This document shows positions 1-9,687 of a DNA stretch of 64,000 nt, piece after piece (within the stretch, counting starts at the first letter, position 1; each line of letters begins with the position of its first letter). The translations under genes were made by a program, and so were the position numbers. Under the pieces are notes generated by a model. The model saw only the letters and a list, made by a program, of their open reading frames with translations. It made no database searches and was not told where the DNA came from. The stretch is from Candidatus Enterousia sp. (GTDB lineage: Bacteria; Pseudomonadota; Alphaproteobacteria; Rs-D84): positions 49,572-113,571 of the forward strand of contig JAZLBQ010000024.1 in assembly GCA_045613785.1 (NCBI GenBank), in the 5' to 3' direction.

Positions 1-2
1 AT

Positions 3-1676
3 GTGCTGGGGGCTGGAGACGATTTATTAAAAAAAATTTTAATCCGGCGTGGAATCGAAACAGATAGTGATATTCAGAAATTTTTAAATCCTTGTATCAA
101 GGGATATATGCCTGACCCGTCCGTATTAAAGGATATGGATTTGGCTGCAAAAATTATTGCAGAATCTGTTTTAAATAATGAAAAAATTGCTATTTATGGG
201 GACTATGATGTTGATGGTATTACGTCAACTGCTGTGTTCGTAAAGTATTTGCGAGCGTTGGGGGTTGATGTTATGTGGCACTTGCCAACCCGTGAGGGTG
301 AAGGTTATGGGCTAAATAATACCGCTGTTGAGGAAATTGCACAAACAGGTGCAAAGTTGCTGATTACTGTTGATTGTGGTATCAGTGGTGTCGAAGAAGT
401 TTTGTGTGCAAAACAATTAGGACTTAAAGTGGTGGTGACAGACCATCATTCGCCTGATTCTGTTTTGCCAGATGCTGATGCAGTCGTAAATCCAAAACGT
501 AGTGATGATGAGTCGGGGTTGTCTTATCTGGCAGGCGTTGGTGTCGCTTTCTTGACTGTTGTTGCGGTCAATAGAGAACTGAATGCCAAAGGGGGCGGAA
601 TCGATAAATCAGAACTGATAAATTATACAGACTTGGTGGCGTTGGGGACAATTTGCGATACGATGCCTTTGATTGAACTGAATAGGGCTTTCGTTGCAAC
701 AGGATTGAAGATTCTGGGTAAAAAACAAAACTTGGGATTGACCAAGTTGATGGAAAAAGCAAATATTCAACATTCATCTGTATATGCAGCAGGGTTTGCG
801 TTGGGACCTCGTTTGAATGCGGCAGGACGTTTGGATTCTGCAGCACCAGCGTTGGATTTGTTGCTGACAGATAATGCATTGATTGCTGATGAATTAGCAG
901 AAAAATTGCATGATATGAACAAAGAACGAATCGGTATCCAAAATGCAATTATGTTGACGGCAACAGAAATGGCTGAAAAATGCTGTGCAGCCGGAAAGTG
1001 CAGTTTATTTGTTTGTGGCGATAAATGGCACGGTGGTGTTATGGGGATTATCGCAGGGCGATTAAAGGATAAGTATAATCTGCCTTCGTGTGTTGCAACC
1101 AGGGTAGATGGTGTTGTAAATGGATCAGGACGTTCAATACCAGGGGTCGATTTAGGTAAAATTATTCATGATGCTTTGGCCAAAGGTATTGTTAGCGAAG
1201 GTGGTGGTCATGCCGCTGCTGCAGGATTTTCGTTGCCTGCGGAAAATGAAGAAGAATTTTGCAAATTTTTAGAGGCTGCAGTTGTTGAACAATTAAATGG
1301 TCAAGTGCCAGCACCACAGGTCTTGGTTGATGCAGAACTGGATGCAGGGGCGGCAAATATGCGACTGTTTAATTTGTTGTCTGCGATGGAACCGTTCGGT
1401 CAGGGTAATCCAGAACCGGTATTGGTCTTGCGTGGGGCGTCTTTGATGCGGGCCAGCACAATGGGTAATGGTAATCATTTGCGTGGTATGGTTAAAACAA
1501 GTGCCGGAACAAAATTGGCTTTTGTTGGGTTCAATTTAGTTGGAACACCAGTCGGGGATTTTTTGCTGGACGATGAAAATACAAACACTAAAATAATGAT
1601 GTTGGGTAGATTAAAATCCAATGAATACAAGGGTAGTGTAAGTGCACAATTCTTTCTGGAAGATATAGCAGTGTAA
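3..1676 (+). CDS. recJ: Single-stranded-DNA-specific exonuclease RecJ (5' end may lie outside the window)
   Basis: YGDYDVDG, TVDCG, TDHH, LGTICD, PRLNAAGR, GSGRS, GGHAAAAG and EPFGQGNPEP motifs. Confidence 0.97.
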   Translation: MLGAGDDLLKKILIRRGIETDSDIQKFLNPCIKGYMPDPSVLKDMDLAAKIIAESVLNNEKIAIYGDYDVDGITSTAVFVKYLRALGVDVMWHLPTREGEGYGLNNTAVEEIAQTGAKLLITVDCGISGVEEVLCAKQLGLKVVVTDHHSPDSVLPDADAVVNPKRSDDESGLSYLAGVGVAFLTVVAVNRELNAKGGGIDKSELINYTDLVALGTICDTMPLIELNRAFVATGLKILGKKQNLGLTKLMEKANIQHSSVYAAGFALGPRLNAAGRLDSAAPALDLLLTDNALIADELAEKLHDMNKERIGIQNAIMLTATEMAEKCCAAGKCSLFVCGDKWHGGVMGIIAGRLKDKYNLPSCVATRVDGVVNGSGRSIPGVDLGKIIHDALAKGIVSEGGGHAAAAGFSLPAENEEEFCKFLEAAVVEQLNGQVPAPQVLVDAELDAGAANMRLFNLLSAMEPFGQGNPEPVLVLRGASLMRASTMGNGNHLRGMVKTSAGTKLAFVGFNLVGTPVGDFLLDDENTNTKIMMLGRLKSNEYKGSVSAQFFLEDIAV

Positions 1677-1688
1677 AAACAGAAGATT

Positions 1689-2642
1689 ATGATGGAACAA
1701 AAGATACAAGATTTTTTTGAACGTGTAAGAAATGCAAAAACAATCGCAATTATGGGACATAAAAATCCTGATGGCGATTCGCTGTGCAGTGTGTTGGCGT
1801 TGGCAAATCTGATTGAAAAAAATTTCGGAATTCGATCTGTGTGTTTGTATGATGGTAATATTCCAGATGCACTGGATAATGTGCCGTTGCGTTCGTGGAT
1901 AAAATATTATGAACGTGTTGATATGTCTCAACCTTTTGATATGGCAATCGTTATGGACTATGGCAACCCTGTTCATGTCGGTGGAGGACAACCGATTCTT
2001 GATAAGGCAAAGTTTGTCGTTGAAATAGATCATCATAAAAATGATAACTATATAGGTCAGTTGTGCATAAATGATGAAAATGCTGCTGCAACCGCAGTGA
2101 TTGTCTATAATATGATGCGGTTTGAGGGCTTGCACTTGGATTCTTTTACGGCAGATTTGTTGATGCTGGGAATTCTGACTGATACTGGGAATTTTAAATT
2201 TTGTCGAAACGGTGATGCGTTGCGAATCGCTGCAGATTTGGTTGATAGTGGTGTAAATATTCGTGCGTTGATTGAACTGATGGCAAATAAACCTCGTAAG
2301 TCTGTTCAGTTAGAAGCAAGAACAACCGCAAATGCAGAATTTTTTTATCGTGGACGTTTGGCGTTGGCAACGGTTTGCAAAAAGGATTATAAATATCTGG
2401 ACGGACGTGGCGAAATGATTTTGAGTTTGTTAGGACAAATCCAAGGTGTGGATTATGTTGTCTTGTTAAAGGAACAAAAGCCTGAACAGATTGGTATATC
2501 GATTCGCAGTCGAAATAAACCAATTGATCAAATTGCTGCGGCGTTAGGTGGTGGTGGGCATGAGCGTGCGGCTGGGGCTGTTGTGCGGGATTCAATGGAA
2601 AATGTTCGTCAACGGGTCTTGGATTTATTTAAGGAGGCGTAA
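1689..2642 (+). CDS. DHH/DHHA1 phosphoesterase (NrnA/Pde2-like)
   Basis: GHKNPDGDS, IDHH, DTGNF, SIRS and GGGGHERAAG motifs. Confidence 0.9.
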   Translation: MMEQKIQDFFERVRNAKTIAIMGHKNPDGDSLCSVLALANLIEKNFGIRSVCLYDGNIPDALDNVPLRSWIKYYERVDMSQPFDMAIVMDYGNPVHVGGGQPILDKAKFVVEIDHHKNDNYIGQLCINDENAAATAVIVYNMMRFEGLHLDSFTADLLMLGILTDTGNFKFCRNGDALRIAADLVDSGVNIRALIELMANKPRKSVQLEARTTANAEFFYRGRLALATVCKKDYKYLDGRGEMILSLLGQIQGVDYVVLLKEQKPEQIGISIRSRNKPIDQIAAALGGGGHERAAGAVVRDSMENVRQRVLDLFKEA

Positions 2643-2643
2643 G

Positions 2644-3258
2644 GTGAGAAAAATTTTATTCGCATTATTGGCAATCTTCGTTGTATCAGGAGCAGGGGCT
2701 GGCGTTGATTCAAAATTAGTAAGCAAGGCGGAAAATTATCTAAATGCTGTGACCGGGTTGGAGGGTAAGTTTGTTCAGACCGCCAATGGTAATCAACAGG
2801 CTGGTGATTTTGCGATGCTGAGACCAGGGCGTGTGCGGTTGGATTATGATAATATGCCTGTTCAGTTGATTGCAGATGGACAAGATTTGTATTTCTTTGA
2901 TAAGTCATTAGACCAAATTACAACTGTGCCAATTACAAGCACACCAGCAGGTATTTTAATTAGAAAAAATATCAATCTGACAAATGCTGATATAAATGTT
3001 GTTGAAACAACTGACTGGAAAAATTCTTTTGCGTTAAAAATGAATCTGAAAGGTCAAGAAGGCTTGGGGCATATGGTTGTGGTTTTTGATAAAAGTCCTG
3101 TGAAATTGAATTCGTGGACCGTTGTTGACGCAACAGGTGCAACAACTGATGTGGTGTTTAAAAATCTGAAGGAAAAATCAAGTTTTGGTAAAAACTTTTT
3201 CCAGATTCAAAGACATAAAACAGTCAGCACCAGCGGTGGTGATGATTACTATGATTAA
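2644..3258 (+). CDS. lolA: Outer-membrane lipoprotein carrier LolA
   Basis: GTG start at 2644 after AAGGAGG; signal peptide; F-x-Q...G-x-F...RPGRVR-x-DY...IADG motifs. Confidence 0.85.
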   Translation: MRKILFALLAIFVVSGAGAGVDSKLVSKAENYLNAVTGLEGKFVQTANGNQQAGDFAMLRPGRVRLDYDNMPVQLIADGQDLYFFDKSLDQITTVPITSTPAGILIRKNINLTNADINVVETTDWKNSFALKMNLKGQEGLGHMVVVFDKSPVKLNSWTVVDATGATTDVVFKNLKEKSSFGKNFFQIQRHKTVSTSGGDDYYD

Positions 3259-3266
3259 ATAATGCG

Positions 3267-3557
3267 ATGTTTGGTATTAGTTGGGCTGAATTTTTTGTGA
3301 TTTTATTGGTGGCTGTGCTGGTTGTGCCGGCACGGTTATGGCCTGATGTTGCACGATTCTTGGCACGGTGTGTCAAATTTGTGCGTCAGTTAGTTTGGAA
3401 AATTACAGATGCGTCTGAAAATATTAAACAGCAAATTGAACTGGAAAAACCTATTGATGATTTGTTGAAAAATACTGCTGATGATGTAATTGACAGTTTT
3501 TCATCGGTGTTGCCAAAACCAAAAAAAACAGTAAAGAAAAAGGCAAAGCAAAAATGA
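3267..3557 (+). CDS. tatB: Twin-arginine translocase TatB
   Basis: MFGISWAE N-terminus, single TM, amphipathic helix; overlaps the start of tatC. Confidence 0.85.
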   Translation: MFGISWAEFFVILLVAVLVVPARLWPDVARFLARCVKFVRQLVWKITDASENIKQQIELEKPIDDLLKNTADDVIDSFSSVLPKPKKTVKKKAKQK

Positions 3558-4258
3558 AAAAAATGACTTTGTTGCAGCATTTTTCCGAACTGCGTCGCAG
3601 AATTTTGTGGTGTGCCTTGATTTTTGTTTTGGCGTTTGGAATAGGGTTGTGGATAGCACCAGTTATTCAAAGTTTTTTAACACAACCATTATTAAATGTT
3701 TGGCCTGATGGTGCGTTGTTGTATGTTGGACTGTCTGACGGATTGATGATTCAATTTTCATTAGCGGCAATGTTTGCGTTGGTTGTTATTTTGCCTGTGG
3801 CGTTGTGGCATCTGTGGGCTTTTGTCGCACCGGGATTAAAGGAAAATGAAAGAAGGTTTATTTGGCCTGTGTTGCTGATGTCGCCAATTTTATTTTGTGC
3901 AGGGGCGGCATTTGCCTTTTATTTCTTGTTCCCGATTGTATTTAAGTTCTTTGTAGAATTAAATCAAACAGCGGCTGTGCCAAGTGTTTTGTTGCCGGCT
4001 GCACGGGATTATTTAACCTTTGCAATCGGGCTGTTAAAGGTTTTTGGTGTGGCATTTCAATTACCGTTGGTGATGGTTTTATTAAACAGAATTGGGATTT
4101 TACAACGCTCGCAGGTTCTGAAAATGCGACGCTATGCAATTATTTTTATTGTTGTTCTGGCTGCAATTTTAACACCACCTGATATTGTTTCCCAAGTTGT
4201 GCTGGCAGTGCCAATGTGGTTGCTGTTCGAGGTTAGTATTTTGTTTATGCGAAAGTAG
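3554..4258 (+). CDS. tatC: Twin-arginine translocase TatC
   Basis: HFSELRRR, WAFVAPGL, FQLP and LTPPD motifs; multiple TMs. Confidence 0.96.
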   Translation: MKKMTLLQHFSELRRRILWCALIFVLAFGIGLWIAPVIQSFLTQPLLNVWPDGALLYVGLSDGLMIQFSLAAMFALVVILPVALWHLWAFVAPGLKENERRFIWPVLLMSPILFCAGAAFAFYFLFPIVFKFFVELNQTAAVPSVLLPAARDYLTFAIGLLKVFGVAFQLPLVMVLLNRIGILQRSQVLKMRRYAIIFIVVLAAILTPPDIVSQVVLAVPMWLLFEVSILFMRK

Positions 4259-4281
4259 GCTTTTTGTGCTATAATTATAGC

Positions 4282-5745
4282 GTGAAAAAAATCAGTTTGA
4301 TTTTAGGTGGTATTCTTTGCACGCTGACAGCGTGTGATTTGAAACCAAAAATTATGTCTTTGCCTGATTCCGTCGGTGAATTTATTTCAGACAGATATCC
4401 TGCTTTGTTGGCCGACCCAAATGTTTATCCAGAGATTTATAATTCTGCGGTGACAGACTATGGTGTGTATGCTTCGCCAGAATTATATGGAACTGATACA
4501 TCAAATGACTATGTTGTTTATGCGTCTGTTGATGATTATATTGTGCCACCACAGGATAATTTGATTATTACAACAAATGAGGTCGAGTCTTCTGTTGATG
4601 CCAAAACTAAGGATTTAAACGAATCTACAGATGCAGAAGATAATGATGATGTTGAAACAGATGAGCAGGTAATTCAGACGCAACCATCGACTGATTTCTT
4701 GTTAGTGCCAATGTATGGTGGTCCACAGACAGAAGTAAAGACAACTGAAGTTATTGTTCAGCCGGGAGATACGTTGTATAAACTGGCACAACAACACAGA
4801 ACCTCGGTTGAGGACTTGGCTGCATTGAATAAATTACAGGTGCCATACGTATTAAAGGTTGGTCAGAAATTGCAGGTCGCAGGGCAGGTCAAGGTCGCAG
4901 AATCTGACAAAGATGTCTTGAAAATAGCAAAGCCTGTTTCAGGTGTGCAAACGGCAACTCGTGTTGAGTTAGTTGATGTCGTCGTAAAACCTGGGGATAC
5001 ATTATATTCGCTGTCTAGAAAGTATTCTGTGCCGGTAAATGACTTGGCGGTGATGAATAATTTAAGCGTGCCGTTTAGTTTAAGCGTCGGACAAAAAATT
5101 CGTGTTCCAAATCTGGCACAGGCACCTGTGGCAAAGATAGAGGTTTCAGAAAAAGTTGCCGCTTCGTCAAAGGCAGAACAGATAAAAACAACACAAAAGA
5201 TTTCTGAAAAATCCCAGAATTCTAGCGTAAAGGTCGTGAAGGTTGAAAAGACAGAACCGGTAAAAACAGTAGAAGCGGTCAAAGAAACCAAGGTTGTAAA
5301 AACAACGACAGAGCAAAAGATTTCTTCGGACCCTACAAAGAAGTTGCCAAAGATTACAGCACGCTCGTCATCAAAGTTTTCGTGGCCAGTGCGTGGAAAA
5401 ATTTTGTCTGGATATGGTGCTAAATCAAACGGCTTGTTTAATGACGGGATAAATATTAGTGCAAAATTGGGAACAGCAGTAAAAGCGGCGGAAAATGGCG
5501 TGGTAGCATATGCCGGAAATGAAGTAAAAGGTATGGGAAATTTAATTATTATTCAGCACGATGCAGGTTGGATGACGGTCTATGCACATATGGATACAAT
5601 GACTGTGCGTCGTGGAGCTAAGGTTAGTGTTGGTCAGAAAATTGGTGCTATTGGAAAAACAGGCAAGGTAGATAGTCCGCAGTTGCATTTTGAAATTCGT
5701 AAAGGAACGAAGGCTTATAATCCAACAGAATACTTGAAAAAATAA
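4282..5745 (+). CDS. Lipoprotein with two LysM domains and an M23 peptidase-like domain (NlpD/DipM-like)
   Basis: Lipobox LTAC; two V-x-PGDTLY LysM repeats; FSWPVRG, NDGINI, YAH and LHFEIR; GTG at 4282 chosen as start. Confidence 0.9.
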   Translation: MKKISLILGGILCTLTACDLKPKIMSLPDSVGEFISDRYPALLADPNVYPEIYNSAVTDYGVYASPELYGTDTSNDYVVYASVDDYIVPPQDNLIITTNEVESSVDAKTKDLNESTDAEDNDDVETDEQVIQTQPSTDFLLVPMYGGPQTEVKTTEVIVQPGDTLYKLAQQHRTSVEDLAALNKLQVPYVLKVGQKLQVAGQVKVAESDKDVLKIAKPVSGVQTATRVELVDVVVKPGDTLYSLSRKYSVPVNDLAVMNNLSVPFSLSVGQKIRVPNLAQAPVAKIEVSEKVAASSKAEQIKTTQKISEKSQNSSVKVVKVEKTEPVKTVEAVKETKVVKTTTEQKISSDPTKKLPKITARSSSKFSWPVRGKILSGYGAKSNGLFNDGINISAKLGTAVKAAENGVVAYAGNEVKGMGNLIIIQHDAGWMTVYAHMDTMTVRRGAKVSVGQKIGAIGKTGKVDSPQLHFEIRKGTKAYNPTEYLKK

Positions 5746-5749
5746 AAAT

Positions 5750-5775
5750 GCCGCATTTGTTGCGGCTTTCTTTTT
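5750..5775 (+). terminator. Rho-independent terminator
   Basis: GCCGCA-tttgt-TGCGGC followed by a T tract, just after the stop codon. Confidence 0.75.
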
Positions 5776-5844
5776 GTGAATAGTGTCAAATCAGTTTTTT
5801 TAATCCGTTTTGTTAGAATTTATTATAACAAAGGGAGCGAGAAA

Positions 5845-7056
5845 ATGAAAAAACTGGTTTTTATCTTGTCTGTGATTTTAGTTGTGTTGGTGGTTGTTTG
5901 GTTGGTTTCAAGATTACACAGCGGAACAACTAATTCTATTGATGAGTATCAGGCATCAACATTGGACGAAGATGTGAAAATTGTTGATATTCTTGATTTA
6001 GAAGAGATGGCCGCACAGGTTATCCCAGAAGGTGGATTTGGATATATTCAGGGCGGTGCAGAAACAGAAAGCACAATGCGTAGAAATGAAACAGCGTTTG
6101 ATATGGTGGATATTTATCCTCGTGTTTTAACGGGCGTAAATGATCCCAGCACACGGACATCTATTTTAGGAATTGATATTGCGTTGCCTGTAATTGTTGC
6201 ACCAGCGGCGGCACATGGGTTGGCACATGTTTCCGCAGAGGCAGGAACAGCACGTGGGGCGGCAGTTGCAGGAACAATAATGAGTGTTAGTAATTATGCA
6301 AGTTCTACGCTGGCGGAAATTGCCAAAGCAGGTAAGGGTGCACCGCAGTGGTTTCAATTATATTTGAGTAAAGATGATGATTTTAATCGTAAAATAATAA
6401 AACAGGCGGAAGATTTGGGATATAGTGCAATTATTCTGACAGTTGATGCACCTGTTGGAGGATACCGAATTGCAGATGTTCGAAATGACTTTAAATTTCC
6501 ATTGGAATTGCCAAATGTTGCAAAAACTTCAATCAAGACAAAGGGACGTGGGGTAAGTAAAGTCTTTGCGGCTGCACAAAATGAACTGACCCCATACGAT
6601 GTTATGAGGGTAAAATCAATGACTAGATTGCCCGTAATTGTCAAAGGCATTCAACATCCTGATGATGCAGAAATTGCAATCATTAGTGGTGCAGATGCAA
6701 TATGGGTTTCAAATCATGGTGGACGGCAACTTGATGGAGCACCAGGGGCATTCGAAGTTTTGCCGGAAATTGCAAGGAAAGTAAATAAGCGGGTGCCTAT
6801 TATATTTGATAGTGGTGTTCGGCGTGGTCAAGATGTTTTCAAAGCAATTGCAAGCGGTGCAGATGTTGTTGCAATTGGACGACCTGTGATTTATGGTTTG
6901 GCGTTGGGTGGTTGGCGTGGTGTTGTGGCTGTCTTTGATTGGTTGAAAAAAGACTTGAAACGGGTAATGTGGTTGGCTGGAACACAGACTGTAAAAGAAA
7001 TAAAAAGTGTAGAGCTGCGACCAAAGTGCATGATGGTCAAGTGTGATGAATTGTGA
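5845..7056 (+). CDS. FMN-dependent alpha-hydroxy-acid oxidase (L-lactate oxidase-like) with N-terminal hydrophobic anchor
   Basis: WFQLY, LTVD, VKGI, VSNHGGRQLD, DSGVRRG and GRP motifs; ATG at 5845 after an AAGGGAG RBS. Confidence 0.9.
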   Translation: MKKLVFILSVILVVLVVVWLVSRLHSGTTNSIDEYQASTLDEDVKIVDILDLEEMAAQVIPEGGFGYIQGGAETESTMRRNETAFDMVDIYPRVLTGVNDPSTRTSILGIDIALPVIVAPAAAHGLAHVSAEAGTARGAAVAGTIMSVSNYASSTLAEIAKAGKGAPQWFQLYLSKDDDFNRKIIKQAEDLGYSAIILTVDAPVGGYRIADVRNDFKFPLELPNVAKTSIKTKGRGVSKVFAAAQNELTPYDVMRVKSMTRLPVIVKGIQHPDDAEIAIISGADAIWVSNHGGRQLDGAPGAFEVLPEIARKVNKRVPIIFDSGVRRGQDVFKAIASGADVVAIGRPVIYGLALGGWRGVVAVFDWLKKDLKRVMWLAGTQTVKEIKSVELRPKCMMVKCDEL

Positions 7057-7060
7057 TACT

Positions 7061-7086
7061 AAAACCGCCGTATAGGCGGTTTTTTA
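7061..7086. terminator. Bidirectional terminator between convergent genes
   Basis: AAAACCGCC-gtata-GGCGGTTTT. Confidence 0.8.
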
Positions 7087-8052
7087 TTATCGCGTATGTG
7101 GTTGTTTTAGCAAGGCGATTCCATCATGAAATTTTTCGCCGTTTAATAATGCTGTTTTTATGCGTTGACGTAGGTATGTGTCAGAAGGGTATTTGGATAT
7201 GTCGGATGATGATGTGTTAAATAAAAATTTTGATAGACTGGATTCGGGCAGGTGTTGCAGTGTTTCAAAACGCTCGCGAAATAAACGGATGTTTGATTCT
7301 GTGGGCAGATAAGGTTCTAGATTTTTATCCATCAGCCAACTGTCAATAAACATGTCGGGGTGTTTGGGGGCTTCTGGGAAATATGTAGGGATCTTTTTGT
7401 GGGCATTTGCCAGTGATTTTGAAACCGAATCGTTTGATAATTTCTGACCACGTGGTACATGAATGTTTATGCAATATTCGTGTTTAGGGGTAATGTTTGG
7501 AATCTGGTAATCGTATTTTATCAATTCATATTGCAGACGTCCAAATTCGATAATGTGTGCATTGATAAAAAAACTGCCCCAGATTAGTTGTGATATTTCA
7601 GAACCTTGTATTTTATATACGTCCAGACCGCGTGTGCATGTTTCATTTATTCTGTATCTGTGTTTGTTTTCTTGATAGTCATCAAATTTTCTGGATTCCA
7701 TGTTATCTTGGTGTGTTTTATAGCCTGACAGCAGTATTAATGCGGGTAGGGGGTCAATCGTTTTTCGTTTTAAATCATGTGTCCAGTTGTATTTGTTTGG
7801 TGCAAATAAATAATTGCTTAGAATGTATGCGCCGGCTTGTAAGTTGGAATTAGAATTAAATTGTGCTGTATATTCACGGAATAATTTTTGAAATTCTGTG
7901 TGCTCATTTAGATTGTAAAATTGCAAGGCTGAATCAAAATCAATCGAATTTAACCAATTTCTGATTTTGTCTGGCGATGCGTCAATATTGGATATGTCGT
8001 GTGGGATGGTTGTGAAACCAATTTTTTCTAATATTGCTGAATTGTTTACCAT
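7087..8052 (-). CDS. GNAT-like acyltransferase domain protein (NAT_N/GNAT_C type)
   Basis: FGRLQYE, NIHVPRG and DSWLMD...YLP..SNI motifs recalled for this family; ATG at 8052 chosen as start. Confidence 0.6.
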   Translation of the reverse strand: MVNNSAILEKIGFTTIPHDISNIDASPDKIRNWLNSIDFDSALQFYNLNEHTEFQKLFREYTAQFNSNSNLQAGAYILSNYLFAPNKYNWTHDLKRKTIDPLPALILLSGYKTHQDNMESRKFDDYQENKHRYRINETCTRGLDVYKIQGSEISQLIWGSFFINAHIIEFGRLQYELIKYDYQIPNITPKHEYCINIHVPRGQKLSNDSVSKSLANAHKKIPTYFPEAPKHPDMFIDSWLMDKNLEPYLPTESNIRLFRERFETLQHLPESSLSKFLFNTSSSDISKYPSDTYLRQRIKTALLNGEKFHDGIALLKQPHTR

Positions 8053-8132
8053 ATGCTTTTTCCTTTTCCCATTGTGTAAAAGTATGTATTCTATAAGCAT
8101 TTTATGGGAAATGTAAATAAGATTATAAAGGC

Positions 8133-8160
8133 TTGCATTTTCTGGAAAAAAGGATATAAT
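8133..8160 (+). promoter_or_regulatory. Sigma70 promoter of tRNA-Lys
   Basis: TTGCAT-16 bp-TATAAT. Confidence 0.65.
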
Positions 8161-8188
8161 TATCGCGCTGATTGAAAAATATAGTTCT

Positions 8189-8264
8189 GGATGCGTAGCT
8201 CAGTTGGTAGAGCAACTGACTCTTAATCAGTGGGTCCAGGGTTCGAGTCCCTGCGCGTCCACCA
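8189..8264 (+). tRNA. tRNA-Lys (anticodon CTT)
   Basis: 76 nt; GGATGCG/CGCGTCC acceptor stem, D loop AGTTGGTAGA, anticodon loop CT-CTT-AA, GTTCGAG T loop, encoded CCA. Confidence 0.97.
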
Positions 8265-8270
8265 GAAATT

Positions 8271-8296
8271 ACCGGTCGTAGTGCGACCGGTTTTTT
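8271..8296 (+). terminator. tRNA-Lys terminator
   Basis: ACCGGTCG...CGACCGGT followed by a T tract. Confidence 0.8.
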
Positions 8297-8420
8297 ATTT
8301 CCTAAAAAAACGAATCGATAGCAGGGATTCATACCTATGCAAAAGTGTTTTTCGCATTGGTAAAATAGAGGTGTTGACATGAAACTTTAATATAAAACAA
8401 AAATACAAAAAGGAGAGAAA

Positions 8421-9032
8421 ATGAAAAAGTTAGCTATTTCAACACTGGCGGTGCTACTTGCGTGCCCAGCGTTCGCAATGAATCACCCTGACCAGGGTAG
8501 CAGTTGGCAAATGTGGGGTATGGATCCTTATATTGCTATGCGTGGGGGTATGAGCTATACAAACTTAAATTATAAATATGAAGGCAACAAGGAATCGATG
8601 ACTGATTATATTTTCCAAGGACGTGCCGCATTAGGTTTGGAAGTTTGTGATACTGTGCGTTCAGAAATTGAATGGACATACTTTGGTAAAACATCAGACC
8701 AGGAAAAATTCGGTGCAGCAGGTGGCATTGATGTAGAAGCAAAAATGCAGACCTTGTTGTGGAACAACTATATGGAATTTGGACCTTATAAAATGGTTCG
8801 ACCATTTGTTGGTGTAGGTGCAGGTATCGCAATGACAGATGTTAAACGTCATGGTGATTTGGTGCCGCGTAAAAGCGAAAGCAAAACACGCTTTTCTGCA
8901 ATGGGAACAATGGGTGTGACATTTGATATGGAACGCTTTGCTGTTGATTTGGCAGCACGCTATACTTATGTTGATATCCAGTCAGGATTGCATAACTTTG
9001 GTGGTGATGTTGGTATCAGATTTATGTTCTGA
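8421..9032 (+). CDS. Small outer-membrane beta-barrel (OmpA-membrane/opacity-like)
   Basis: Signal peptide, VRSEIEW, PFVGVGAG, alternating beta pattern, terminal GIRFMF. Confidence 0.8.
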   Translation: MKKLAISTLAVLLACPAFAMNHPDQGSSWQMWGMDPYIAMRGGMSYTNLNYKYEGNKESMTDYIFQGRAALGLEVCDTVRSEIEWTYFGKTSDQEKFGAAGGIDVEAKMQTLLWNNYMEFGPYKMVRPFVGVGAGIAMTDVKRHGDLVPRKSESKTRFSAMGTMGVTFDMERFAVDLAARYTYVDIQSGLHNFGGDVGIRFMF

Positions 9033-9130
9033 TGTAAATCACAAGAACGCCCCGTTTGGGGCGTTTCTTTGTGCCTTGTTTTATAAAAAAATAACCCCAC
9101 AGTTTTGTGGGGCTTTTTGTCGTGATTATT

Positions 9131-9487
9131 TTAGGTTAGTTGTGCCAGGGCAAGTTTATTTAAAAAGCCAGATTCGATATCGCCAAGTAAGGATTTCTCG
9201 CCTTCGTTATTTTCGCCATCGGTCTGCAATTCTTCAAGGTGGGAAATGATTGTTTCACAAGCCTTGACCAGGTTTTGATTTACATATTTTGGATTCAAGA
9301 TGTCTGGTTTGAAAACTTTTTTATTATCGTTCGCCATAAAATATGTTTCTGCAATTGAATCGACCCAGGTGTCTATGTCTTCTTGGAGTCTGTCAAACAG
9401 CAAGTGTGCTGAATACTCGTCAGTTGACCAATGATTTAGTTTGCACGCATATTTAAACGCAATTAAATGTTGCATTAATTCATACAT
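9131..9487 (-). CDS. Short ferritin-like/Dps-like four-helix protein
   Basis: HW-x6-H-x3-D...D-x-IAE resembles the Dps ferroxidase signature; ATG at 9487 after an AAGGA RBS; 118 aa. Confidence 0.6.
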   Translation of the reverse strand: MYELMQHLIAFKYACKLNHWSTDEYSAHLLFDRLQEDIDTWVDSIAETYFMANDNKKVFKPDILNPKYVNQNLVKACETIISHLEELQTDGENNEGEKSLLGDIESGFLNKLALAQLT

Positions 9488-9687
9488 TTTTGTTCCTTTT
9501 GGTTTGTAGCTGTAAAGCATTTTATAAAGTATCAAAATTGCTTTTTTATGTATATAGGATTGGTTTCTGAAAATACCGCTATACGCAAGGCTTCTGGGAA
9601 AAATTAGGTATTCAAACCTGGGGTAATCAATAAAAAAATATAGTAAACTATGTTGCGTCCACACAAAGGAACAAAAAGGAGAAAATT

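Noticed and set aside
8123-8380. 85-aa minus-strand ORF
   Set aside because: It is the antisense reading of tRNA-Lys and its terminator (GGRAGTRTLDPLIKSQLLYQLSY is a typical tRNA shadow)
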